Assembly: GCA_016282155.1 (NCBI GenBank)
Contig: JAEEJY010000022.1
Span: 58,817 to 122,816 of the forward strand
Direction of reading: 5' to 3'
Origin: Bacillales bacterium
GTDB lineage: Bacteria; Bacillota_I; Bacilli_A; RF39; UBA660
Length of the DNA: 64,000 nucleotides
In this document: positions 20,212 through 29,812 of the stretch, piece after piece
How positions within the stretch are numbered: position 1 is the first letter of the stretch
Layout: the number at the start of each line of letters is the position of its first letter
The notes under the pieces: generated by a model
What the model was told of the DNA's origin: nothing
The model's input: the letters and a program-made list of their open reading frames with translations, nothing else
Database searches by the model: none
Made by a program: the position numbers and the translations under genes

Positions 20212-20865
20212 ATGTTAGAAAATGTTGTTGATTTATTAAAACAAAAGAGTATAACAGTTCCAAGTATATTATTTTATAATGTACGTGAATTAGGAATTAA
20301 TTGTGAAGAATTATATTTTCTAATATATATTTTAAATTCTAATAGCTTAGTATTTGATATGGTAAAGATAGGTAAGGAATTAAGTATGAAACCTAAAGAA
20401 GTATTAAAACTAGTTAATGATTTAAATGAAAAAAACCTATTAAAACTTGACGTTAAGAAAAAAGGTAATGATGTAACTGAATATATTAATATTGATGGTT
20501 TATTCCGTAAGATAGCATATCTATCTATTAATAATAAAGATGAAGTAAAAGTAGAAGAAAATAAAACAACTATATATGATGAATTTGAAAGGGTATTTAA
20601 AAGACCTCTAACTCCTAAAGATTTTCAAATAATTAATGCTTGGAGAGATATGGGGTATAAAGAGGAAACAATTCTTCTAGCTTTAAAAGAAGCAAGTTAT
20701 AATGAGGTATATAATATTCCTTATATAGATAAAATATTAAATAACTGGGATAAAAAGGGTATTAAGACTGAAGCTGATGTTAATAAATATCATGAAGAAT
20801 TTAGTCGTAAAAAAGAAGAACCTATTGATATTCTAGAAGAAGACTATGATTGGTTAAATGAATAA
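20212..20865 (+). CDS. dnaD: DnaD-domain replication initiation/membrane attachment protein
   Basis: 217 aa. C-terminal DnaD/DnaB_2 repeat FERVFKRPLTPKDFQIINAWRDMGY...ILLALKEA. Confidence 0.75.
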   Translation: MLENVVDLLKQKSITVPSILFYNVRELGINCEELYFLIYILNSNSLVFDMVKIGKELSMKPKEVLKLVNDLNEKNLLKLDVKKKGNDVTEYINIDGLFRKIAYLSINNKDEVKVEENKTTIYDEFERVFKRPLTPKDFQIINAWRDMGYKEETILLALKEASYNEVYNIPYIDKILNNWDKKGIKTEADVNKYHEEFSRKKEEPIDILEEDYDWLNE

Positions 20866-20900
20866 AAAAAAGACTTAAGATTTTCTTAAGTCTTTTATTT
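20863..20900. terminator. bidirectional terminator between convergent dnaD and ponA
   Basis: AGACTTAAG / CTTAAGTCT 9-bp stem flanked by an A8 run and a T-run. Confidence 0.85.
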
Positions 20901-23645
20901 TATATCAACACTTTGCATAGTTCCTGATGAATCACAAGTACTATATTTTTTCCATGAAGTTTTAACTACATATGTTCTTGTAGAACTATTATTAAGTTTA
21001 CCAGTAACATCTTCTCCTTCAGGAGTAAGTGAAATAGTAACCTCATCTTTATCAGTACTAAATAAGAAGTTTAGTTTTCCATCAACTTTTTCATATACAT
21101 CATATACAATACCACCTAAACCGTTAGCAGCATATGAATATTGGTTATTAATAGTATCTTGTAAGAAGTCTGGATTACGATATATTGATTTATAGTAATC
21201 TTTTAACCATTCTTTATCAAGGTTCTTTTCAGTAGGAATCTTTTCCCAAGTTAATGTAACTGTCTTATCTGATTTATTATATCTAGCTTTTAAATTTTTA
21301 GGATTTTCAAGCTGGGTAAATCTTGTTGATACCTCTGTAGGTTCAGAACCTTTAACAAAGTAATCTGTAAATCTGAAATCATTAGGCGTATATTTACTTG
21401 GAAGTTTAGGTTCTCCAGGAACATAAGCTTCTACAGTAGCACTTACTACTGAATCAGGTTTAGCTATATTAGCACTATGTGACCAAATATTACTTGCTAC
21501 AGTTTTTAATAAAATGATGTGTGGTGCTTGACCAAAGTGTGAATAATAAGTTTTATCAATCTTATCATATCCATACCATACAGAGATTGAATAATCATCA
21601 TTTACACCAGTACACCAGAAATCATTAACTGCATCTGAACTTAAATGATTAGCTCTTTTAGTTTCTTCTGTAAAGTTTGAAGTACCAGTTTTAGCTCCAT
21701 ACTTCCATCCATTTATGTTACGATAACTACGCATTGCTTCTTGACCTGTTGTTACCAACATATCAAATACGATGAATGCTGTAGAATCTTTCATAGCTCT
21801 TCTTGAAACATATTCTTTTTCTTTTTCAACACCTGTTTCACGGTTAATTAATTTACGATAACTATGTGGTTCGTTATACATACCACCATTAGCAAATGCT
21901 GCATATGCGGCACTTACAGTAAGAGGGGATTCGCCATTATAACCACCAATAGAGTGAGCTTCATGAATTGATCCACCCGATACTTCAGGAGATAATCCTA
22001 AGTTTTGAACAAATTCTAATATATTACTATTTTTAACAGATTGGAATACCTTTAAAGCAGGTACGTTTCTTGAACCAGCTAAAGCTGATCTAGCATTTAT
22101 TATTACTTGATATTTACCATCAAAGTTTGTGATTGGTTGTCCACCAGAATATGTATATCTTTCATCAATTATTGTATAAGCTGGTGAATAGTTATTATAT
22201 TCAATAGCTGGACCATAATCGAATAATGGTTTAGCGGTAGAACCAATTTGTCTTTTTGTTTGGTTTTCAAATGTAGCATGGTTAAGTAGACCAATACCTG
22301 AAGTATCACGTCCAGTTCCAATTGCTGCAATTTCACCATTCTTAACATCGATAACAGATATACCGGCATTAACTACAGGGTTTTCCCAAGCATATGTCTT
22401 ACCTGCCATAGCATCATTAATAACATCTTGTTTTGCAGTATCTAGAGTTGTATAAATTTCAAATGGAGTTGTATAAGGATTTAAACCAGTATCTTTTTTT
22501 ACTTCTGATACAACTGTATCAATAAATCCTTGATATTTATTTCCTGAAGAATAACTAAAGTTAGATACTGTTAATTCTTCAATAGGAATTGCATTAGCAA
22601 GATCTGCTTCCTCTTTAGTTATATATCCATGTCTTACCATTAAACTTAATACTATTCTTCTTCTGTAAGCACTATTTTTTGGATTATAAATAGGACTATA
22701 GTAATTTGGAGCTTGGAATAAACCAGCTATAATAGCAGCTTCAGATAAGTTTAAATCTTTTGCATGTTTACCAAAATAACTAAGAGCAGCTTGCTCAACA
22801 CCATAGATATTTCCACCTAAGCAATATGAGTTAACATAGAACTCAAGTATTTCTTCCTTAGTATATTTCTTTTCAATTTCATTCATCGCTACATAAATAT
22901 CGGTGAATTTACGAACAATACCTTCAATACCTTTATCCTCATTAGAAGTAAACGCATTTTTTGATATTTGCATTGTTAGGGTAGATGCTCCACCAGCAGT
23001 ACCACCAACGCCTAATACTTTTTTAAGTACCTGTTTAACACTAGCTACAGTAAAACGAGGTAAGTCAAATCCGTTATGTTCAAAGAATCTTGAATCCTCG
23101 GTAGCAACAATTGCATTAATTAAAACTTCAGGAAGTTCGTCATATGTAATTTTTTCACGGAACTCGCTTCCTAATTTAGCAAATACTTTTCCGTCTTTAT
23201 CGTATAGAACAGATGCTTCTTTTTTATAAAGATTTTCGGCATTAAATTTAGGTGCATGTTTAACGATGTAAGCCCAGAATATAGCGGCACCTATAAACAT
23301 TGTTATGATACCAGATAGAATAACTATCGCAATTATTCTTAAAACACGACGTTTTTTAGTTGAATTCTTTTTCGCTCTAGTTTTTGTCTTTTTCATATCT
23401 TCACCCTTACTTTCTTCTTTTATTTCTCTTTTTTTCTTAAATATCTTACAATATAGATCTATAAAGAAATCTTTTATTTGATTCCAATATATAAATACTA
23501 AATCAAAGATAATTATAAATGGTATTACTAAAGGACTAATAGCAATACTTCCTATAATACATATAATTAAGCTTATTAGTACAACAAGTGCTTCCACTTG
23601 ATGACTAAAGATAAACTTTTTAATTTTTCTTATTTTCTTTTTCAT
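20895..23645 (-). CDS. ponA: class A penicillin-binding protein (glycosyltransferase plus transpeptidase) with extra N- and C-terminal regions
   Basis: GT51 motifs EDSRFFEHNGFD and GASTLTMQ. Transpeptidase motifs STAKP and KTGT. Follows recU as in Bacillus. The canonical start may be the internal Met at 23396. Confidence 0.9.
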   Translation of the reverse strand: MKKKIRKIKKFIFSHQVEALVVLISLIICIIGSIAISPLVIPFIIIFDLVFIYWNQIKDFFIDLYCKIFKKKREIKEESKGEDMKKTKTRAKKNSTKKRRVLRIIAIVILSGIITMFIGAAIFWAYIVKHAPKFNAENLYKKEASVLYDKDGKVFAKLGSEFREKITYDELPEVLINAIVATEDSRFFEHNGFDLPRFTVASVKQVLKKVLGVGGTAGGASTLTMQISKNAFTSNEDKGIEGIVRKFTDIYVAMNEIEKKYTKEEILEFYVNSYCLGGNIYGVEQAALSYFGKHAKDLNLSEAAIIAGLFQAPNYYSPIYNPKNSAYRRRIVLSLMVRHGYITKEEADLANAIPIEELTVSNFSYSSGNKYQGFIDTVVSEVKKDTGLNPYTTPFEIYTTLDTAKQDVINDAMAGKTYAWENPVVNAGISVIDVKNGEIAAIGTGRDTSGIGLLNHATFENQTKRQIGSTAKPLFDYGPAIEYNNYSPAYTIIDERYTYSGGQPITNFDGKYQVIINARSALAGSRNVPALKVFQSVKNSNILEFVQNLGLSPEVSGGSIHEAHSIGGYNGESPLTVSAAYAAFANGGMYNEPHSYRKLINRETGVEKEKEYVSRRAMKDSTAFIVFDMLVTTGQEAMRSYRNINGWKYGAKTGTSNFTEETKRANHLSSDAVNDFWCTGVNDDYSISVWYGYDKIDKTYYSHFGQAPHIILLKTVASNIWSHSANIAKPDSVVSATVEAYVPGEPKLPSKYTPNDFRFTDYFVKGSEPTEVSTRFTQLENPKNLKARYNKSDKTVTLTWEKIPTEKNLDKEWLKDYYKSIYRNPDFLQDTINNQYSYAANGLGGIVYDVYEKVDGKLNFLFSTDKDEVTISLTPEGEDVTGKLNNSSTRTYVVKTSWKKYSTCDSSGTMQSVDIK

Positions 23646-24211
23646 ACTTCCTCCTTAAAATAAATATCATCAATTATTTTTAAATAATCTATACGAGGAT
23701 TATATTTATAATTAATTAAATATCCATTTTTTTTAAAATATTCTAGTGGGATAGATTTTCTTTTATTATTAGTAGTAAATTCGTTAAACTTTTCAATAGT
23801 TAATAAATATATACTATTATATTTTGAAAAATATACAATAATAAATCCAATACCACCCATATCATATATTGTATTTAAATGTTTTATTTGATGACTATGA
23901 ATATTCTCTAAAGGGAAACTTGTTCCCGCTGTTTCTTTAGCTTCAAAATCTATATATTTACCTTTATAGATTCCATTATAGTCAGTAGTAGATGGAGTCA
24001 TAAAATAAGCTTCAGTTATTTTAGCTTCCTTTCTACTTGGATAATCTACCTTAACTAGTTTAATAGGCGTAGGTTTTTTATATATTGAAGCGATATTATT
24101 ATTAAGATAATAAAGATTAGTTAAATTTAAATCTCCCTCTAAATTCATACCTCTATTATCATACTTAATTTCTTTCGTATAATTTTTATTTATTCCTGAT
24201 GGATATCGCAT
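23642..24211 (-). CDS. recU: Holliday junction resolvase RecU
   Basis: 189 aa. NRGMNLEGDLN..YKKPTP..TDYNGIYKGKYIDFEAKET closely parallels B. subtilis RecU. ATGA overlap with ponA. Confidence 0.9.
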   Translation of the reverse strand: MRYPSGINKNYTKEIKYDNRGMNLEGDLNLTNLYYLNNNIASIYKKPTPIKLVKVDYPSRKEAKITEAYFMTPSTTDYNGIYKGKYIDFEAKETAGTSFPLENIHSHQIKHLNTIYDMGGIGFIIVYFSKYNSIYLLTIEKFNEFTTNNKRKSIPLEYFKKNGYLINYKYNPRIDYLKIIDDIYFKEEV

Positions 24212-24286
24212 ATCATCACCTAATTAATTATACTATATATTGGTAAAAATTTCCACTAATATTCGTTTTTGACACGATTACCTCAA

Positions 24287-24315
24287 TTGACATTGACACT
24301 CTAATATTATATAAT
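24287..24315 (+). promoter_or_regulatory. sigma-A promoter for gpsB
   Basis: TTGACA (24287-24292), 17 nt, then TATAAT (24310-24315). Additional TTGACA copies lie at 24269 and 24293. Confidence 0.6.
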
Positions 24316-24339
24316 TGGATTGGAATATGAGGTGGATGT

Positions 24340-24669
24340 ATGTATCAAGATAGAATATTGCTTACTAGTAATGACATTCTTGAAAAGAACTTTAAATTTG
24401 ATGCTAAAGGATATCGCCCACAAGAGGTAGATAAATATTTAGATCTTATTATAAAGGACTATGAAGAATACAAAAAAATAATAAAAGAACTAGAGCAAGA
24501 AAGAAAGACTCTTATTGAAGATAACATAAAATTAAAACAAGAAATTAGACGTTTAAGAGCGCAACTTGAAGCATTAAAAGATACTGGTAGTTCTACCGGA
24601 TTTACAAATAATGCTGATGTGTTAAGAAGACTATCTAATTTAGAAAAAATTATATACGGAAAAGAATAA
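24340..24669 (+). CDS. gpsB: cell-cycle protein GpsB (DivIVA-domain)
   Basis: 109 aa. The N-terminal DivIVA/GpsB motif LTSNDILEKNFKFDAKGYRPQEVDKYLD, then a coiled-coil. Sits next to recU-ponA and rnpB as in Bacillus. Confidence 0.9.
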   Translation: MYQDRILLTSNDILEKNFKFDAKGYRPQEVDKYLDLIIKDYEEYKKIIKELEQERKTLIEDNIKLKQEIRRLRAQLEALKDTGSSTGFTNNADVLRRLSNLEKIIYGKE

Positions 24670-25015
24670 TATCTAGACAAACGCTATATTCTTGTAATAT
24701 AGAGGAAAGTCCATGCTCGCACAGTCTGAAATGACTGTAGTGTTCGTGCTAAGGGAAAAAATAACCTTAGGTAGCGCAAGCTAACGGCTTCGAAATAACC
24801 TAAGTCTTCGGATATGGTTAAAGTAGATATAAAAGTGCCAAAGTGACGAAGAAACTGGAAACGGTGGAAATGGAACGTGGTAAACCCCGCGAGCGAGAAA
24901 CCCAAAATTGGTAGGGGAGCTTAACTGGAGGAATTTTAACGAAGGTTGGGATCGAGTAATCGATAGATAAATGTTTGTCATCTCTTTGAGATACAGAACA
25001 TGGCTTACAAGATAT
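24670..25015 (+). ncRNA. rnpB: RNase P RNA, type B (Bacillus-like)
   Basis: Universal GAGGAAAGTCCATGCTCGCACAG near the 5' end and ACAGAACATGGCTTAC near the 3' end. Putative P1 pairs TATCT (24670-24674) with AGATA (25010-25014). A T-run follows. The ends are approximate. Confidence 0.9.
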
Positions 25016-25040
25016 TTTTTTATTCTATAAAGGAGTTAAA

Positions 25041-25517
25041 GTGAAAGAAATAGGTGAAAAGCTAAAAGAGACTCGTGAAGCTATGGGAGTTTCTATTGAA
25101 GAAGCAAGTGAAGACTTAAATGTTAGACCTAGCCAAATAGAAGCTGCTGAATCAGGAGATATAAAAGCTTTTAAAGATATTTTCTCTTTAAAATTCTTCA
25201 TAAGAGACTATTCTAAATATTTAGGACTTAACTATGATGAAATGATAGATGAGTTTAATGAATATTTATTTGATTATACTTCAAAACTTTCATTAGAAGA
25301 TATTAAGAAAGCAGCTAATGCTGATAAGAAAGAAAAACTTAAAGGAAAGAAAATTTCTTCTCCTTATACAAGTTCCGATAATCGAAAGTTTATTATTCCA
25401 CCAATTATAATCTATATACTAGTAATTAGCATTTTAGCAATATGTGGTTACTTTGTATATGATGGATTATCAGACAATAATGATAATAATGTAAAAACAG
25501 GAAACATAATAGAATAG
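25041..25517 (+). CDS. RodZ-like HTH (XRE) membrane protein
   Basis: GTG start 5 nt after an AAGGAG SD. N-terminal HTH, one C-terminal TM helix. Sits upstream of pgsA, like B. subtilis ymfM/rodZ. Confidence 0.7.
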   Translation: MKEIGEKLKETREAMGVSIEEASEDLNVRPSQIEAAESGDIKAFKDIFSLKFFIRDYSKYLGLNYDEMIDEFNEYLFDYTSKLSLEDIKKAANADKKEKLKGKKISSPYTSSDNRKFIIPPIIIYILVISILAICGYFVYDGLSDNNDNNVKTGNIIE

Positions 25518-25526
25518 GAGATTTAT

Positions 25527-26120
25527 ATGAATTTAGCAAATAAAATAACTATAAGTAGAATAGTATTAACACTTTTATTAATAGCGCTATTATTATTCCC
25601 ATTCGATGAATTAGGTATATCTACATATAAACTATTTGTTAATGAAGCATTAGTAGTAGATATCAAATATTTAATAGCTGGGGTTCTATTCTTAGTAGCC
25701 TCACTAACTGACTTCTTAGATGGACATATCGCAAGAAAATACAAAATGGTAACTGATTTTGGAAAAATGACTGACGCAATTGCTGATAAATTATTAGTAA
25801 ACTCAGTATTAATAATTTTAGCAGGTCAAGGAATGCTTCATCCAGTTATTCCAGTTATCATCGTTGGTAGAGATACAGCTGTAGATGTAATTAAAATGAT
25901 TATTGGTAATAAAGGACATGCTGTAGGAGCAATTAAAACAGGTAAATACAAAACTGCTTGTATGATGGTTGGTGTTACTCTTACTCTATTCTATAATTTA
26001 CCTTTCGAATTATTAAATGTTAATGTAGCAAGTATTTTTATAATAATTGCAACAATCCTATCTGTAATATCAGGTTTCCAATATTACAATATGGGAAAAG
26101 TATATTTAAAAGAAAAATAG
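25527..26120 (+). CDS. pgsA: CDP-diacylglycerol--glycerol-3-phosphate 3-phosphatidyltransferase
   Basis: CDP-alcohol phosphotransferase motif DFLDGHIARKYKMVTDFGKMTDAIADK. Confidence 0.9.
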   Translation: MNLANKITISRIVLTLLLIALLLFPFDELGISTYKLFVNEALVVDIKYLIAGVLFLVASLTDFLDGHIARKYKMVTDFGKMTDAIADKLLVNSVLIILAGQGMLHPVIPVIIVGRDTAVDVIKMIIGNKGHAVGAIKTGKYKTACMMVGVTLTLFYNLPFELLNVNVASIFIIIATILSVISGFQYYNMGKVYLKEK

Positions 26121-26139
26121 GAGAAATCCTATTTTTTTT
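26117..26139 (+). terminator. intrinsic terminator after pgsA
   Basis: ATAGGA / TCCTAT stem, GAAA loop, T7 run. Confidence 0.75.
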
Positions 26140-26201
26140 GTTTATAAAAAGGAAATTAACTGGCTATCTTGTATAATATAAATAGGGATAAAAGAAAAAA
26201 T

Positions 26202-26213
26202 GAACAAATGTTC
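26202..26213 (+). promoter_or_regulatory. LexA (Cheo/SOS) box upstream of recA
   Basis: GAACAAATGTTC matches the Firmicute GAAC-N4-GTTC operator. It lies just upstream of the recA -35 box. Confidence 0.75.
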
Positions 26214-26223
26214 GTAAAAAGTA

Positions 26224-26252
26224 TTGACAAGTGTTTTTTCTGGTTGTAAAAT
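26224..26252 (+). promoter_or_regulatory. sigma-A promoter for recA
   Basis: TTGACA (26224-26229), 17 nt, then TAAAAT (26247-26252). Confidence 0.65.
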
Positions 26253-26277
26253 GTAATTAACGATAGGAGGAAATGAC

Positions 26278-27294
26278 ATGGCAAAGACAGCTAGTGATCA
26301 AGACAAAGCATTAGAAGCGGTATTAGCCGATATAGAAAAACAATTTGGTAAAGGTTCAGTTATGAAATTAGGTGAACACGGACACCAAAAAATAGATACA
26401 ATATCAAGTGGTTCTTTAAGTTTGGATATAGCTTTAGGAATAGGAGGATATCCAAAAGGAAGAATTATTGAAATATATGGACCTGAATCTTCAGGTAAAA
26501 CAACATTTGCTTTACATGCAATAGCAGAAGCTCAAAAGAAAGGTGGAAGAGCAGCATTCATTGATGCTGAACATTCTCTTGATCCAACTTATGCTAAAGC
26601 ACTAGGAGTAAATACAGATGAATTATTACTTTCACAACCTGACAATGGAGAACAAGCTTTAGAAATATGTGAAGCTCTAGTTCGTTCAGGAGCAATTAGC
26701 GTAATTGTAATTGATTCAGTTGCGGCTTTAGTTCCACAAGCTGAAATCGAAGGTGAAATGGGAGATTCGCATGTTGGTTTACAAGCAAGATTAATGAGCC
26801 AAGCTTTAAGAAAATTATCAGGTATTATTAGTAAAACTAATACAGTCGCTATTTTTATTAACCAATTAAGAGAAAAAGTAGGGGTTATGTTTGGTAATCC
26901 TGAAACTACTCCAGGAGGAAGAGCATTAAAATTCTATGCTTCTGTTCGTTTAGAAATAAGAAGAGCTGAACAAATAAAATTAGGTACTGATATAATTGGT
27001 AATAAAACATCTATTAAAGTTGTTAAAAATAAAATGGCCCCTCCATTTAAATCATGCGTAGTTGATATTATGTATGGTGAAGGAGTATCTGTTGAAGGAG
27101 AAATAGTAGACTTAGCAAGTGATGCTGCAATCATTGAAAAAAGTGGTGCTTGGTATTCTTATAACGGAGAAAAGATTGGTCAAGGAAAAGAAAATGTTAA
27201 AGACTTACTTAAGAAAGATTCTAAATTAAGAGATGAATTATATAATAAAGTAAGAAAACATTATGAAGTTGATACAACTGAAGAAGAAAAATAA
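26278..27294 (+). CDS. recA: recombinase RecA
   Basis: 338 aa. Walker [10 protein letters not shown], then the FIDAEHSLD and [10 protein letters not shown] motifs. Confidence 0.98.
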   Translation: MAKTASDQDKALEAVLADIEKQFGKGSVMKLGEHGHQKIDTISSGSLSLDIALGIGGYPKGRIIEIYGPESSGKTTFALHAIAEAQKKGGRAAFIDAEHSLDPTYAKALGVNTDELLLSQPDNGEQALEICEALVRSGAISVIVIDSVAALVPQAEIEGEMGDSHVGLQARLMSQALRKLSGIISKTNTVAIFINQLREKVGVMFGNPETTPGGRALKFYASVRLEIRRAEQIKLGTDIIGNKTSIKVVKNKMAPPFKSCVVDIMYGEGVSVEGEIVDLASDAAIIEKSGAWYSYNGEKIGQGKENVKDLLKKDSKLRDELYNKVRKHYEVDTTEEEK

Positions 27295-27298
27295 TAAG

Positions 27299-27330
27299 AT
27301 ACTCAATTCTAATTGAATTGAGTATTTTTA
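27299..27330 (+). terminator. intrinsic terminator after recA
   Basis: ATACTCAATT / AATTGAGTAT 10-bp stem and a T-run. TGTTATAAT follows at 27331-27339. Confidence 0.85.
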
Positions 27331-27362
27331 TGTTATAATATAGATGTATAGGAGGAATAGAA

Positions 27363-27725
27363 ATGGAAAAATTTTGTTCAAATTGTGGTGAAAAAATAGT
27401 TGACGGATCTAAATTCTGTGGAAAATGTGGAAAGGCAATCGGAGCTAAAAATAATTATAGTGAGAGACCATCAAATAATTCTGGTAATGTAACTACAGGT
27501 AAATATCGTATTGCAGCTGGTTTATTTGGACTTTTACTAGGATCTCTTGGTATTCATAATTTTTATTTAGGATATAATGGTAAAGGAACAGCACAATTAT
27601 TATTAACAATATTATCTTGTGGAATTTTTGCCCCAGTTACAGGTATTTGGGGAATGATTGAAGGAATTCTAATTCTAACTCATTCGGTTAATGAAGACGC
27701 TAATGGTAATGCCTTACTTGACTAA
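27363..27725 (+). CDS. zinc-ribbon plus TM2-domain membrane protein
   Basis: N-terminal CSNCGEK...CGKCGK, then GIHNFYLGYNGKGTAQLLL, typical of a TM2 domain. Confidence 0.8.
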   Translation: MEKFCSNCGEKIVDGSKFCGKCGKAIGAKNNYSERPSNNSGNVTTGKYRIAAGLFGLLLGSLGIHNFYLGYNGKGTAQLLLTILSCGIFAPVTGIWGMIEGILILTHSVNEDANGNALLD

Positions 27726-28092
27726 AAATAGATTAATAAATTTGGGAATATTATTAACTTGTTTAATAATATTTTTCTTATTCTTTTTTGTAGATATTAA
27801 TTGGCATTGTCCATTTAAATATTATCTACATATTGCGTGTCCGGGATGTGGACTAACAAGAGCAATAATAAGTTTATATAAATTAGATATTATAGCTTCT
27901 TTAAAATATAATATTTTAGGAATACCTTTAGTTATATATTTTGTTATTTCTTTAGCATTTATAGTAAGAGATTTTATAACAAATAAAAAAGACTATCTTG
28001 ATAAACAAATAGCTATTTTAGGAAGATATAAATATATAGTATTTGGTATATTAATAGTTGTTACAATTATTAATAATATTAATGGAGTTTAA
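27691..28092 (+). CDS. DUF2752-like membrane protein
   Basis: CPFKYYLHIACPGCGLTRA motif and 3-4 TM helices. The start codon is uncertain (27691, 27703 or 27709) and overlaps the TM2 gene. Confidence 0.7.
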   Translation: MKTLMVMPYLTKNRLINLGILLTCLIIFFLFFFVDINWHCPFKYYLHIACPGCGLTRAIISLYKLDIIASLKYNILGIPLVIYFVISLAFIVRDFITNKKDYLDKQIAILGRYKYIVFGILIVVTIINNINGV

Positions 28093-28094
28093 AA

Positions 28095-28116
28095 GAAACC
28101 GAGGGGTTTCTTTTTC
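28095..28116 (+). terminator. intrinsic terminator
   Basis: GAAACC / GGTTTC stem, GAGG loop, T-run. Confidence 0.75.
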
Positions 28117-28191
28117 TTGACTTATCAGTAAATAACCATTACAATATAATTAGGCAGGTTAAAGTTGCCGAACAAAAGATGGAGGAAATAT

Positions 28192-29745
28192 ATGAATGAT
28201 GTAGTTATCTCCATTTTACTTGTTTTAGTTGGAACTTTTGTAGGAATAATAGGTACTATTATTGTTAATTATATTAGAGGAATTAGAATAAATAAAAGTG
28301 CTGATTTAATGCTTGAAAAAGCTCGTAAAGAAGCAGATAAAGTAAAGAGAGATTATTTACTTGAAGCTAAAGAAGAAGCACATAAAATAAAAGTAGAAAC
28401 TGAAAAAGAAATAAAAGAAAAGAAAGCTGAATTAAAAGATTCAGAAGACAGATTAATTACTCGCGAAAATAATATGGATCGTCGTGATCAAACACTTCAA
28501 AATCGTGAGCAAATGCTTGAAGAAAAAGAAAATAATATAATTAATAAACAAAGAGAAATTCAAAAAGAACAAGAAAAAGTGGAAGAAATTAAAAATGAAC
28601 AAGTCACTTTACTTGAAAAAATTTCTGGATATTCAAAAGAAGAAGCTAAAAAACTTATAATGAAAAAAGTAGAAGAAATGATGAGTTTAGAAATTGCTTC
28701 ATATATCAAAGATAAAGAAGCTGAAGCTGAACTTGAAGTTGATAAGAAGTCTAAATCATTATTAGTTGAATCTATGCAAAAATATGCATCAGATGTTGCT
28801 AATGAACAAACAGTAACTGTTGTCGCACTTCCAAATGATGAGATGAAAGGTCGTATCATTGGACGTGAAGGTAGAAATATTCGTACTATTGAATCGGTAA
28901 CTGGCGTAGACTTAATTATTGACGATACTCCTGAAGCTTTAGTAGTATCAAGTTTTGATCCATTACGTCGTGAAATCGCTCGTTTAACTATTGAAAACTT
29001 AGTTAAAGACGGACGTATTCACCCAGCTAGAATTGAAGAAGTATATGATAAAACAACTAAAGAAATGCACAACAAAATTCTTGAAATGGGAAACAATGCT
29101 TTATTTGAATTAGGAATTACAAAAGTAGATCCTGCATTAGTAGAATTACTTGGAAGATTACATTTTAGAACTAGTTATGGTCAAAATGTGTTACAACATT
29201 CAATTGAAGTTGCTAATTTAGCTGGTATTATGGCTGGTGAATTAGGCGAGAATGTTAACTTAGCTAAAAGAGCTGGTTTACTACATGACATTGGTAAAGC
29301 AATTGATCATGAAGTAGAAGGTTCCCATGTTGATTTAGGTAGTGAATTGGCTACTAAATATGGTGAAAATAGTACAGTTATTAATGCTATTGAATCACAT
29401 CATGGTGATAAACCAGCAACTAGTGTTATTTCAAATTTAGTTGCTATCGCTGATGCTTTATCGGCATCTCGTCCAGGCGCTAGAAATGATTCACTAGAAA
29501 ATTATGTTAAGAGATTACAAGACCTAGAAGCTATCGCTAATGATATTCCAGGTGTACAATCTACATTTGCTATTCAAGCGGGTAGAGAATTACGTGTTAT
29601 TGTAAAACCAGACGAAGTTGATGATTTACAAAGCTTTAAAGTTGCACGTGATATTAAAAACCGTATTGAAGAACAATTACAATATCCAGGAACAATAAAA
29701 GTTGTTGTAGTGCGTGAAACAAGAGTAACAGAAGAAGCAAAATAA
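28192..29745 (+). CDS. rny: ribonuclease Y
   Basis: N-terminal TM helix, coiled-coil, KH domain ([12 protein letters not shown]), and HD domain (LLHDIGKA). GGAGG SD upstream of ATG 28192. Confidence 0.95.
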   Translation: MNDVVISILLVLVGTFVGIIGTIIVNYIRGIRINKSADLMLEKARKEADKVKRDYLLEAKEEAHKIKVETEKEIKEKKAELKDSEDRLITRENNMDRRDQTLQNREQMLEEKENNIINKQREIQKEQEKVEEIKNEQVTLLEKISGYSKEEAKKLIMKKVEEMMSLEIASYIKDKEAEAELEVDKKSKSLLVESMQKYASDVANEQTVTVVALPNDEMKGRIIGREGRNIRTIESVTGVDLIIDDTPEALVVSSFDPLRREIARLTIENLVKDGRIHPARIEEVYDKTTKEMHNKILEMGNNALFELGITKVDPALVELLGRLHFRTSYGQNVLQHSIEVANLAGIMAGELGENVNLAKRAGLLHDIGKAIDHEVEGSHVDLGSELATKYGENSTVINAIESHHGDKPATSVISNLVAIADALSASRPGARNDSLENYVKRLQDLEAIANDIPGVQSTFAIQAGRELRVIVKPDEVDDLQSFKVARDIKNRIEEQLQYPGTIKVVVVRETRVTEEAK

Positions 29746-29760
29746 TTGCTTCTTTTTCTT
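29731..29760 (+). terminator. intrinsic terminator after rny (stop codon in the loop)
   Basis: GAAGCAA / TTGCTTC stem and a T-run. Confidence 0.75.
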
Positions 29761-29812
29761 TATTGACTATTAATTTTTAACGTGTTATTATAATTATAGT
29801 AGGTGATATTAG

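Noticed and set aside
12942-23229. Short embedded ORFs 12942-13157 (-), 13425-13616 (-), 19416-19634 (-) and 22169-22369 (-, alternate frame within ponA), plus 22903-23229 (+, antisense to ponA)
   Set aside because: Each lies inside or opposite a strongly motif-supported gene (transporter, prfA/prmC, ponA). None has translation signals.
24269-24298. Three TTGACA hexamers (24269, 24287, 24293) as a possible repeated operator
   Set aside because: Only the 24287 copy has correct 17-nt spacing to TATAAT. The others are most simply chance or overlapping -35-like sequences in a divergent recU/gpsB promoter region.
24684-24981. Two minus-strand ORFs (24684-24905 and 24781-24981)
   Set aside because: Both are antisense to the RNase P RNA gene, whose conserved motifs explain the region.
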